A stretch of DNA of 64,000 nt, from NCBI GenBank assembly GCA_016748015.1, contig JAAOMT010000072.1:7040-71039 (forward strand), read 5' to 3'. Positions 23,264-34,931 of the stretch are shown here, in pieces. Numbering within the stretch: position 1 is the first letter of the stretch; the number at the start of each line of letters is the position of its first letter. Position numbers and translations under genes: made by a program. Below the pieces are notes generated by a model. That model was not told where the DNA came from. It saw only the letters and a list, made by a program, of their open reading frames with translations, and ran no database searches. The DNA comes from Geosiphon pyriformis uo1. Taxonomy: Eukaryota > Fungi > Glomeromycota.

Positions 23264-26200
23264 TGTTACAGTTGAAACTTATACTTCTTATTAATTATCA
23301 CATGTATTAGCCACTGATGTCATATAAATTAGCCACTCTATTTTTAGTAAGTGATCATTGACCTGACCATTGACCTGATCACTGACCTAGTCATTGACCT
23401 GATTGTTGACCACTTTTGATAGCTATATAAGCAATGAATCTTTTAACTGTAGAAAAGTATGAAGAAATGAAGAAATGAAGAAATCAAGAAAATCAAATAA
23501 ATAAAATAACAACTTTCATCTTAATCCTTCTCTTATTGCTAATTTCTCTTTCTCTACTTTCAAGTATCTGAACATCTTAAAGATAAAAGATTACTTGTTG
23601 GTTATTCCTTATCCTTTTTTTGAAACATGTAATTGCAACATTTGGAGATTATTAAATAAAACATGACTGAAGAGCACATCTGATACTTGATATTGAATTT
23701 TAAGAGCACTGATGTGAGGCATAAAATTATACCAAGTGTGATCATTTGTTGACAGTATGGACTATCCCTCTACTTTCAGATTCCCTGGTTATCTTTAAAA
23801 AGTATAGTGACTGAGATATTTTATGAGACTGATCTCGCACATTGAATTCTTACTCATTTAATTCACTCTTTGAAGTTGAATTCCCCTTTGATTATTTCCA
23901 TTACCCTACAATTCTGTTCTTCCTTGCTATCCGTTAGCTTGTTACTCCAACCTGTAACATAAAAGTGGTGCTTTCTGTGAGGTTGTCAAAATCCACTTTG
24001 TTTCCTATTGTATGGGTAATTATTCATACCTGCCACAACAATCAGAAAAACACTTTAAAGCACACAACAAAAACAATCTAGACTTTATTGAACTTAATCC
24101 TTTGCCCTCCTGCTTGATTTGCTTCTCCATTGAAAAACAATTCAGCAGACAATTTCAAGACTTTTGGAACTGGTTCTTGAATGAGCATTCAGCTGAAATC
24201 TACACAGCTTATACAATCTATTACTTTGACCAAGCTTATTTTGAAGACAACTTTGAAATAAGAAACAACAGTATCAATCAGCTTTTATATTCTGCAATCT
24301 TTGAACAACAGTCCTCTGATTTTGAATATTTGAATCATCAAATCCACATTTGGATTGCTGCCCATCAATCAACAGCAACTCCTCTTGAAACAGAAAAAGA
24401 AAGCTATCAAACTGCTCCTGTTTTTGATCTCTTTTCAAGTGAATCAGAACACTCCACACAAACAGTTACACCTGAACCAATGGCTCAAGACCCTCTGCAA
24501 CAAAACATTCTGATTGCCCTCCAAGATATACAGACTGCTTTAGGGCGAAGAAACAACACCCCATTACCATTATTCAGAGGTGATGCCCAAGATCCAATTG
24601 AATAGTTGGATGATTTTGAAAGAGCAGCCATAGCAAACCAATATGATAATGAATACAAGTTCTAAATTGTTGGTGGCTACCTTCAAGGCTCTCCTGCTAC
24701 TTGGTTCTCACAAAAAACCAATGCCAATGCTCAGCAAAGAATCATTAGATGGGCACTGGCAAATGCTGGAAAAGATAACACCTCTTTCATTATCCAGTTT
24801 GAAACTAAATTTAGGACTCCCATCTTAATCTCAAAATGGCATATAGAATTAGAAAGAAAAACTCAAGGTCCTGGTAAGGTTGTGACAGAATATGCCAAAG
24901 CAATAAGAAAACTCATTAAATAGGTAGACTCTGGAAGAAATTGGACAGAAGAGCAGAAAATACATTCCTTTACAAAAGGACTGAGAACTGATCTATCATA
25001 TGCTCTTTGGCCTCTTCTGGCCTTGAAAGATAATCCCACAATGGATATGGCCATTGAACTTGCTCAGAGAATAGAAGACAATTAAAAGATGCACCTAAGA
25101 TTCACACTTCCAGTTTTTGCTCCTGCTCCCCAAATGGCTGCTACCTCTTTTACTGTCCAAACTCAAGACCCAAATGAACAGTTAATAGATAGACTTACAG
25201 CTAATCTTGCCCAGCTATTAGAATCATTGGCCCAAACAGTTAGAGAGAATTAACAACCCCAAAGACCCAGATTTGAATCCTGTTTTAATCAGCCCTAACA
25301 ACCACCATATCAAAGACAGCAAAATCGTGGCCCACCTGTGTGCTATTGTTGTGGACTAACTGGACACTTCTCAAGAGACTGCAACAATCTTCCATTACCC
25401 CCTCCAGCTCCTAGAAACAATGACAATCAAAACAACAGAACCATTAACAATAATGTTCCCAACCAAAGAACCAATCATGCCAACATCAATTTCTTTGGAG
25501 AGGATTCCATAGTTGAAGCCACTGTTTATCAGCCTTTAAACTGGTAGGTGCATCTCCAAAGGGTGAGAGTGCAAGCCAACCAGAAGAAAACCCCTTTTAT
25601 GCTTTTAACCTAACTGATGATGATCATAATATGGATGAACTAGCAATCAACACCTCTGAATCAACCAGAAAGAAGAAGAAAGCCAAGGTTGATTTTGTCT
25701 TGGACCCAAACAAAGCATCCAAATCATCTGCTGATAACAATGAGCCACCAAAGGCTAAGATTTTTAAAAATTCTCCAAAATTGGAACCCCCAGAAATTAT
25801 ACAAAAATCTGAACCCTATTCCGTTGTTAAGAATCTCATGGAAACCCCAGCACACATTACATTTGGCCAACTGATGACCCATCCACAATTCAGAAAAAAT
25901 CTTTGCAAATTATTGATACCAAAGAAAAAGACACCAAAGACCAACAAACACCCTCACCAAGTTGGACTTGCTGATAACAGCAATGTCACCCCTCTGATTT
26001 GTAAAGCCCAAGTGGCTGGTTACTTCATTGATCTGATCCTAGACAGTGGATCATCTGTTAGTGTAATTGCCAAACATTTTCTTGAAGCAATTGGCAGAAA
26101 AATTGATGAGCCTTCCACAAGACCAATGACTAATGTACATGGTGACAAGAAGAAAAGCCTGGGCATAGCCAAAGCTATTCCTGTCTGCATTAATAGTATT

Positions 26201-28269
26201 AGCATTAAAACAGATATGGAAGTATCTGAAGCAAAAGAGTACATTATCATTGTTGGTAATGAATGGCTTAAGAAAGCCAAAGCACTACTTGACTATGAAC
26301 TTTGTGAACTAACCATCAGATATGGTGAGAAACATTGTGGTTAAATGCTGACATTGGACAACTCCTCCAGTACCCAAGCAGAACCAAGAAGAAGAACAAT
26401 CAGATAAATCAGATAATGATGAGAGCAATGATGAAGAAGATCAAGAAGAACCAGAAGAAACTGCTGAACTCGCTTATACCATCTTTACCAGCAATGGCAA
26501 GCCATTAGACAATGTTAAAGCTGACAAAGAAGGAATCATGGTAAATGGCAAGCTGATTTGCTGGCCCTACTATGATATCCTCAGAAGAACCTTTGACAGA
26601 AAACCTGGCAAAAAAGCAAAATACAGTTATTGGTGGCATGGTCCTTGGGCATGGTGCTGGTGTAATAAACTTTTGTATTCACCAAGTGATGAATACAAAT
26701 CCTGCCTAATCTACTATGAAGATTGGAAACCAATTAGCTTGATACCTCAAGAAAAACTTAAAGAAGTACAAAACTCTTTTGAGAATGAACCACCTGAAAT
26801 CCAATCACTAGTTGTAGAACAAAGAGAACCTTCCCCTAAAGAAAGAAAAGTGGACATTGAAAATCTGTTGGCTAGGAATAGCCCAGTTATCTCAAAAGAA
26901 GGTAATGCCCCTGGACAAACCCATGTAATACAACACACCATCACCACCAAAGAAACTCGCCCCATCTATTTGAAGCCTTATCAATCCAATCAACACAATA
27001 ATGAGTTTATCAAAAAAGAGATAAACTGGATGAAAGATCTTGGATTCATACAAGAAACCAAGAGTGAATGGGCTTTCCCAGTTGTAGTGGTATCCAAGAA
27101 AGGTGGAACCCTACACTTCTGTGTTGACTACTGCCATCACTATAAGAAACATGTACCTACTCCCCAAAATTGATGCAATGCTAGATAAATTCAATAGTGC
27201 TGCTTTCTTCTCAACCATTGATTTAACTACTGGATTCTGGCAAGTAGAGATGGATCCAGAAAGCAAAAAGAAAACTGCCTTTATCACCAAGTATGGCACC
27301 TATAAATTCACAGTCATGCCTTTTGGTCTCAACACCTAATAGATAAAGTGTTTAAATCAGTAAAAAAAAACTTTGTTCTGGTTTACTTGGACGACATAAT
27401 GGTATATTCAAAAACCTGAGATGAACACCTTGAACATTTACAGAAGGTTTTTGACCTGCTCAGAAATGCTGGCCTTAAGATCAGCCCAATCAAATCTTTC
27501 TTTGGATGCCAATCCACCCAATTTTTTGGTCATTTTGTTACAAAAAATGGAATTTTTCCTGACCCAGCTAAAGTTGAAAAAGTTCAAAACATTAGACAAC
27601 CAATGAATGTTCCTGAACTATGCTCTTTCTTTGGTTTGGCCTCTTACTATTGCAAATTTATCAAGAATTTCACCAAAATTGCCTTTCCTTTCAATCAGCT
27701 ACTCAAAAAAAATGTCAATTATCACTGGAGCACTCATCAACAAAAAGCTTTTGAATTTTTGAAGGAAAAACTTGTTCTTGAACCAATTCTCAAACAACCT
27801 AATCTTGACCAACTTTTTATCCTCCACACTGATGTATCTGGTTATGGACTTGGTGCTGTCCTTTTACAAAAAGATGAAAATGGCAGAAAACATGCCATAG
27901 CATATGCCAGTAGATCCCTCATACCAGTAGAAATAAACTATTCAGTTATTGAACAAGAATGTCTAGCAGTAGTTTGGGCTACCAACTACTGGGATCAATA
28001 TTTTCTTGGTGCAAAATTCTTAGTGGTAACAGATCATCAAGCCTTGGTTTGGCTGCATAAGAAAAAGAAGCTAGAACACAAAAAAATAACTCACTGGATA
28101 CTCCACTTGGATGAATTTGACTATGATATTCAATACTACAAAGGAGCAAATCATCAAAACGCCAATGCTCTATCTAGACTGACAGTACAACCTCTTAAAC
28201 CAAACCAACTTAATTATTAGTAACTCCTTCATAAACAAACACAATAATGGACTTAGACAACTACTCTGC
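23264..28269 (+). mobile_element. Gypsy family A copy A3, 5' part (LTR 23264-23959, PBS, gag, PR, RT, RNase H)
   Basis: ORFs 24012-24605, 25338-25547, 25631-26344, 26538-27173 and 27603-28220. It ends at the inversion breakpoint. Confidence 0.93.
25535..25577 (+). promoter_or_regulatory. Candidate -1 programmed ribosomal frameshift signal (T TTA AAC + 5-nt spacer + hairpin) at the gag/pol junction
   Basis: The heptamer is in X XXY YYZ phase two codons before the gag stop, and the -1 frame is open into the protease ORF. Conserved at 6888-6894 and 35629-35635. Confidence 0.8.
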
Positions 28270-29541
28270 TGGCTTATGGCAATATGCTGTGGTTCATTTC
28301 AAAGACACTTTTTTTGCTGCTGCTGCTGCTCTTATTTACTAGTCTGTGCTGGTTAAAAAAAACAGTGTTAGGATTCTCTCTGTTGTTAACCAAAATGATG
28401 TTATTTCTTCAAGAGATGCTTTTAAGGCTAAGTTGGTTAATCTTCTTTTTGGCTGTACTGCCTTTGAGATAAGTGATTTGGTCTTCCATATTGGTGGCCA
28501 TACATGTTTCATTTCTTGCTCCCCTAAATCTTACCAACATTAATGCTTTGTTGTAATTATCTTTGATTCTTTGGAATCTTTGAATGCTGTTGTGTTAAAA
28601 ACTGGTACCTTGCGTAGTTGCCACATCTGGTGGGAAACTGCTAGATGTCACTATTGCTACAGATGTTAAGACTTGACTCATTTGGCTGTGGACTGCAAGA
28701 AGTTACCTCCTTTTCCATCCAAACTAATTCCAACACTTCTGGTGGCCCCAAAATTTTCAAACTTTCATTTGCTAGATCAAAATTTTATGCCAAAGCTACT
28801 GCCTTTGTGGTTCCTTCTGTTGCTGCTGCTGCTAATATGAACTTGGATCTCAGTAGTCCCCCCAAAACTACAACACCTATGTTGCCTGTTGTCTTTTTTG
28901 CTCCCAATATTGTTGTTGAATTTAGGTTAGTGAACTGTCTGTGTTGATAAAATTTTTGGTTGAACCTGTTGATGCTCTGGTTGTGTTGGTTACCAAATTG
29001 CTGTCTACTCTATCTGCTGTGAATGCATCAGTTAAGAAATGTGTGGCTGGGTTGGCTAAGCAAAATAAAGGCTTGGCTGCTGTTGCTTCCATAATGCAGA
29101 AAAAAATAACACATCTTGAGAAAAAATGTGAGTGGATCTGCTTGGAAGACACATCTGATAATAATGACATGGTTGATAATAATGACAATGATGATAAAAA
29201 ATTTTCAGTCTATAATAACACCTTTGATATTATGATGTATCTTTGGGAAGATCAGCCTTCCAATATCAAATTCAGTCTTAATTAGACTGCTAAGTGGATG
29301 AGTGATATGGTTAAGAATAGTCATGAGCTTGTTAGCATTATGGATAAGATATATGAATTAGATATGTTTGATATATTAAGTTGCAAAGGTAGTACTAATG
29401 TGTAGTTAGGGCTTTTCACTTGTGGTTAGCCATATTTTGTGATTTTGTATTATTGGGTAAGCTGACTTTATAAAAGTGCCACATTACTGTGGACATAACT
29501 AATAAATAACTGGTATAGCTACACATTAACAAAAAAAAAAA
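28270..29541 (+). mobile_element. ORF1-only element copy 3, 3' half with poly(A) (inside the inversion)
   Basis: Starts at GLWQYAVVHF and ends ctacacattaac(A)11. The TSD follows at 29541-29554 in inverted orientation. Confidence 0.92.
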
Positions 29542-31107
29542 CCTTGGGTTTTTCTTTCTAATTCCATGCACTATTTGGATATCAAGATAGGAGTTCTAAA
29601 TTTAGTTTCAAACCAGATTATGAAAGAAGTGTTTTCTTTTTCAGTATTTGTTAGTGTTTATATAATAATTTTTTGGTGAGCACTAGCATTGGTTTTTTGT
29701 AAAAACCAAGTAGCAGGAGAGTCTTGGAAATAGCCACCAATAATTTAGAACTTGTACTCATTATCATATTGATTGGCAATAGCTGTTCTTTCAAAATCAT
29801 CTAACCAATCAATTAGGTCTTGTGTATTACCTTTAAATAAAGGTAGTGGTGTATTATTTCTTTGCTCTAAAGCAGTTTGTATGCTCTAGAGGGCGATCAG
29901 AATGTTTTGTTGTATGTGGTTATTAGCCATTAGTTCAGAAGTAGCTGTTTGTATAGAATGTTTTGATTTACTTAAGAAGAGATCAAAAACAAGAGCAGTT
30001 TGATAGCTTTCTTCTTCTGTTTCAAAGAGTGTTTCAGCTAACTGATGGGCAGCAATCCAAATGTAAATTTGGTAATTTAGGTATTCAGAATCAGGAAACT
30101 GTTGTTCAAAGGTTGTGAAGTATAAAAGCTGATTGATACTGTTGTTTTTTTCTTCAAAGTTGTCTTTAAAATAAGCTTGGTCAAAGTAATAGATTGTATA
30201 GGCTGTATAGGTTTCAGCTAAATGCTTGTTCAAAAACTAGTTCCAAAAGTCTTGGAATTGTCTGCTGGATTGTTCTTCAATGGGAAAGCAAATCAAGCAG
30301 GAAGGCAAAAGATTGAGTTTAATAAAGTCTAGATTGTTTTTGTTGTGTGCTTTAAAGTATTCTTTTAATTGTTGTGGCAAGTATGAATAATCACCTATAC
30401 AATAAAAAACAAAGTGGATTTTGACAACCTTACAGAGAGCACCACTTTTATGTTATAGGTTAAAATAACAAGCTAATGGATAGCAAGAGAAAACAGAATT
30501 GTAGGATGATGATAGGAATCAAAAAAAATTCAACTTCAAAGAGTAAATTGAATAAGTATGAATTCAATATGTGAGATCAGTCTCATAAAATATCTCAGTT
30601 GCTATACTTTTCAAAAAATAACTGGGGAATTTGAAGGTAGAAGGATAGTCCATACTGTTAACAAATGATAACACACTGGTATAATTCTATGCCTCATGTT
30701 GGCACTCTTAGAATTCAATATTAGGTATTGGATATACTCTTTAGTCATATTTTATTCAATAATCTTCAAATGCTACAATTACACATTTCAAGAAAAAGAT
30801 AGGGAATAACCAACAAGTAATTTTTTATCCAAAGATGTTTGAATACTTAAAGGTAGGAAAAGAGAAATTAGTAATAAAAGAAGGATTGAAATAAAGTTGT
30901 TATTTTATTTCTTTAATTCTTACATGCTTTTCTACAGCTAAGAGATTCATTGCTTATATAACTATCAAAAGTGGTTAATAATCAGGTCAATGGTCAGGTC
31001 ATTGATCAGATCAATGATCACTATTTAAAAATAGAATGGCTAATTATATGACATTAATAACTAATACATGTAATAATTAATAAGAAGTATAGGTTTCAAC
31101 TATAACA
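29542..31107 (-). mobile_element. Gypsy family A copy A4, 5' LTR (30451-31107), PBS and gag start (inside the inversion)
   Basis: LTR, PBS and gag ORF 29886-30233. Gag continues at 34932 on the + strand. Confidence 0.9.
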
Positions 31108-31183
31108 ACACTACTATTAAGCATTTCTGTTTAATAACTAAATAGTTTTGTTCTGCTGGTAAAAGTGTTTTACTTGCATATAC

Positions 31184-33784
31184 TGTTACGAATTGGAGTA
31201 ATAAGCTAATGAATAGCAAAGGAGAACAGGATTGTAGGATGATGAAAGGAATCAAAGGGAATTCAACTTCAAAGAATGAATTGAATAAGTATGAATTCAA
31301 TGTGTGAGATTAGTCTCATAAAATATCTCAGTCGCTATACTTTTCAAAGATAACTGGGGAATTTGAAGGTAGAGAAATAATCTGTACTGTCAACAAATAA
31401 TCACACTTGGTATAATTTTATACCTCACGTCAGCACTCTTAGAATTCAATATCAAGTATCAAATGTGCTTTTCAGTCACATTTTATTCAATAATCTCCAA
31501 ATGTTGCAATTATACATTTCAGAAAAAGAGTAAGGAATAACCAACAAGTAATCTTTTATCTTTAAGATGTTCAGATACTTGAAAGTAGGGAAAGAAAAAT
31601 TAGCGATAAGAGAAGGATTGAAATAAAAGTTGTTATTTTATTTATTTGATTTCCTTGATTTCTTCATACTTTTCTACAGCTAAGAGATTCATTGCTTATA
31701 TAGCTGTCAAAAGTGGTCAATAATTAGGTCAATAATCACTTACTAAAAATAGAATGGCTAATTTATATGACATCAGTGGCTAATACATGTGATAATTAAT
31801 AAGAAGTATAAGTTTCAACTGTAATATCATCCTCTCCAAAAAGATTGAGCTCTGGCAAAATTAAGCTATTTATGGTGTAATCTATTGGAAAGGTTTTATC
31901 TAACTCAAATCTAACTAGTTTGTTGAAGTCTTTTGTCGATAAGATATATAACACTTGAGGTGAAATGAGTTTTGTATCCAGAAGACCAAATCTTTGTATT
32001 AGAGTTTTGGCTCTTCTAGCAATAGTTAAAACTCTTGAGACATCTAACTGTATAATGCCCAAAATTTCTGCCTGTATCTCTGAAGTTGTTTTCTTCATAA
32101 GTTTCATATCCTCTATGATTTCACCAAGGTGACCATAGAGTTCTAATTGTCTTCCATATGACAAGTTTTTGTCTATGGATAAGATTTCTTGAAGTGTTTT
32201 TCCAATTGTGTTGGAAGGTAAGAGTATAGCTGCTGTTATACTTTCAAACAGATATTTATCCATTTTACTACCAATTTTTTCTCTTCTGGTAGTGGTTTTC
32301 TTTGGTTTAATAACAGTATGTGTTCCACTGTTATCAGTTATGGTGGTTTGTTTTCCAATGGTCAGAGTAGCATTTGGATAGTTTTTGATCCAATACTTAT
32401 GAAGAGTATAGAAAGCATTTTGAATGTTTTGATCTAGAAAATAATTGTTTATATTGATTGAAGATATCTCTGTTTTGGGAATAATGCATTTATTTATACT
32501 TGATTTTTGCTGATCATTTGAGTCGGTATTACCATAACAGGCAGCCAATCAAGTCATTTATGATATTTCTTGAGTTGTGTACCATAAACAGAATGATTAT
32601 TGAAGATTGTTCTGGATTGATCTTGAAGAATATAAGAATTATTGTTCAAAACTTTGTTAACTATAAAGGGTTCTTTCTACTGGTTAGAGAATTTATCACC
32701 ATAAACATTGTCTCTATCTGAACAGTATTCCAATACCAAGTTACCAACACTTAAAGAAAATGTTTTATAGGTTTTCTTTTTCTTAAGTTTTTCTTGGAAC
32801 TGTTTTATCTTTTCAAAAGCAATTATTCGTGCTTCTACTAAGGAGTCAAGAATGGTACCAAGTCTTTTTTGCAAAATGTCTTTGTAATTTCCTATTGTGA
32901 TCTCTTCAAAGAGTATTGTTTCAATATTAGTTTTTATTGGTAGTGTTGCCATGTGTCCATAAAGCAGATAAAAAGGTTTATAACTTGTTATGTCATGATT
33001 CACAGTTCTATAAGCAAACAATGCTGAAGGCAGTACTTTGTTCCATAAATTTGTTTCTTTACTGGTTTTGGCTAGAATTTCACATAATGTTCTATTGAAA
33101 TGTTCTACTAGGCCATTTGTTTGGAGGTGATAAAAGGAGAAAAGTTTATAATGTATTCCCATTTTTCTACAAAGTTCTTCAACTAGTGTACTGAAAAAAG
33201 CTTTTTTTCTATCAAATAAAAGTTTTTTAGAGCAGCCATAATGGCAGATAATATCTTTATAAATAAAATTGGCTATTGAGACTGCTGTTTGTTCTGAAGT
33301 GGCTCTTGTTTTTACCCACTTTGTAAGATAGTCGGTAGCTGTAATAATATATCTGTTGCCATCAGGAATAATTGTTAAAGATCCAACAACATCTATACCA
33401 ATTCTGTCAAAGAGTTGACCAACAGAAATTGGATGGATGTCTTCTTTGCAATTGGGTTTGCCTCTTCTTTGGCAGATGTCACAGGTTTTAATGTATTCAG
33501 CAATGTCTTTTTCCAAGGTAGGCCAATAATAACAAGCTAAAGTTTTTTGAATTGTTTTTGTTTTTCCAAAGTGTCCAGCTAATGGGTCAGTATGCATATT
33601 ATATATTACAATTTTTCTTTCTTCAAATCTGATAACTCTTTGGGAGCAGTCAGAATTTTTTCTGTTTCTTTTATATAATTGGTTCTGGTGGATCAAATAA
33701 AAATTTGATTGTTTGTGCAAATGTTTTTTTTGCTGTTGAGTGTATTCAGGTGGGTATTGTCCTTTACCCAAAAATTTCATTAAG
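31184..33784 (-). mobile_element. Gypsy family A copy A3, 3' part (integrase, ORF3, PPT, 3' LTR 31184-31826; inside the inversion)
   Basis: Integrase lies within ORF 32677-33969. The LTR shares diagnostic variants (ttgaaacttatac, taaattagcc, agtaagtgat) with 23264-23959. Confidence 0.92.
31796..32548 (-). CDS. Family A ORF3, uninterrupted reading frame, unknown function
   Basis: 250-aa open frame, homologous to 542-1293, 11356-11676 and 39955-40209. The likely start Met is mutated in this copy. Confidence 0.7.
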   Translation of the reverse strand: MAACYGNTDSNDQQKSSINKCIIPKTEISSININNYFLDQNIQNAFYTLHKYWIKNYPNATLTIGKQTTITDNSGTHTVIKPKKTTTRREKIGSKMDKYLFESITAAILLPSNTIGKTLQEILSIDKNLSYGRQLELYGHLGEIIEDMKLMKKTTSEIQAEILGIIQLDVSRVLTIARRAKTLIQRFGLLDTKLISPQVLYILSTKDFNKLVRFELDKTFPIDYTINSLILPELNLFGEDDITVETYTSY

Positions 33785-34915
33785 GCAGACTTTAACTTGA
33801 CAGAAGTGATAACACCAAAAATGCCAAGAGCAGATTTAATGTCATCAGAGAAGGTACCCAAAGGTACATCATAAAGTGCAACTGACAAAGAGGGGGAAGA
33901 AACAGAGACCACACCAGAAGACCATGCAATCTTAAGAATGGTCAAAAAAACTTTATCACCAATGGCCACTTTGGTGGCACTATTTAGACTCTTCTAAGAT
34001 GCAAATTCCACACAGAACAACTTGATAGCATTTCATGAAACAAATTTAAGCCCAATACAACCAGGCAGCAACTAAAACAAAAAACTAAGCAAGGCCATCT
34101 TGATCTTAAATGTAGTACCAGATACAAAATTGAAGGCCACCCAACCAGAGAACTTTTGACAACCATTTACATTCTTCTAAGCACTACTATCAGCAGCACC
34201 AGAAATTGGGGAAGGAGCAGTTAATTCCATTTCCATCTGATCAGCCCAATTTTTGAGATTATCTGAAATAATGGGCTGTTTTGTTACTGAGATTGGCAAT
34301 GATCTGCTGGAGAGTATCACATCAGACAACATAGCAAGTAGTTGATCTTGGCCTATCTTAGAAGATGTGCCACTGCTGTTGCCATCCATATCAGGAAGAG
34401 AGCTGGCTACTGCTGTGAAGATCTTACCAAAGATCTTATTTGGAACCACAAAGGGGTTCGATATAACCATAGCAGTTGTGACTGTCTGCTACTGTTTTTT
34501 GGAATTTTTTGCTTTCATGGCCATTTGTGAAGTAGTAGAAGTAGTAGTAGTAGTGGAAGTAGTGAGAGTGAAAAAAACCAGCTTGTTAACTGGTTTGTTA
34601 TTAAAAATTTTTGGGCTTTTAGAAGTAGTAAAGACAACACTGGGACTAATCTGAGTATGTCTTTTGGAAGAAACTTTGACTGAAGAAGAACTACCAGCCA
34701 AAGGTGAAAAAAATGAACCAGAAGCCATTAAAGGCAGCTTTTCACTAATATTTTTTAAAAAAAATGTAGCCAGAACATTTTGTCTAGCTGCTTTAATAAC
34801 TGAAAACCTTTTTTATGTTGAAACTTTATTAGTTACTATAGGAAAAGTAACATTTGCAACTTTTTTACTCTTAGCTCTAGTTGTGGTCATAAAATTTAGA
34901 AGAAAAAGAGTTTTT
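33785..34915 (-). mobile_element. ORF1-only element copy 3, 5' half
   Basis: Same 5' terminus as the other copies and ends at VKLKSA. The TSD partner gaaaaacccaagat is at 34932-34945. Confidence 0.92.
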
Positions 34916-34931
34916 ATGCTGAAATCAAGCT

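Noticed and set aside
32677-33969. 430-aa RRM-integrase protein as a novel gene
   Set aside because: It is a by-product of the inversion junction, and both halves map to separate elements.
28270-34915. Twin-priming inversion of ORF1-only copy 3
   Set aside because: The inverted block includes 4 kb of gypsy DNA and the TSD itself, so it post-dates the insertion.
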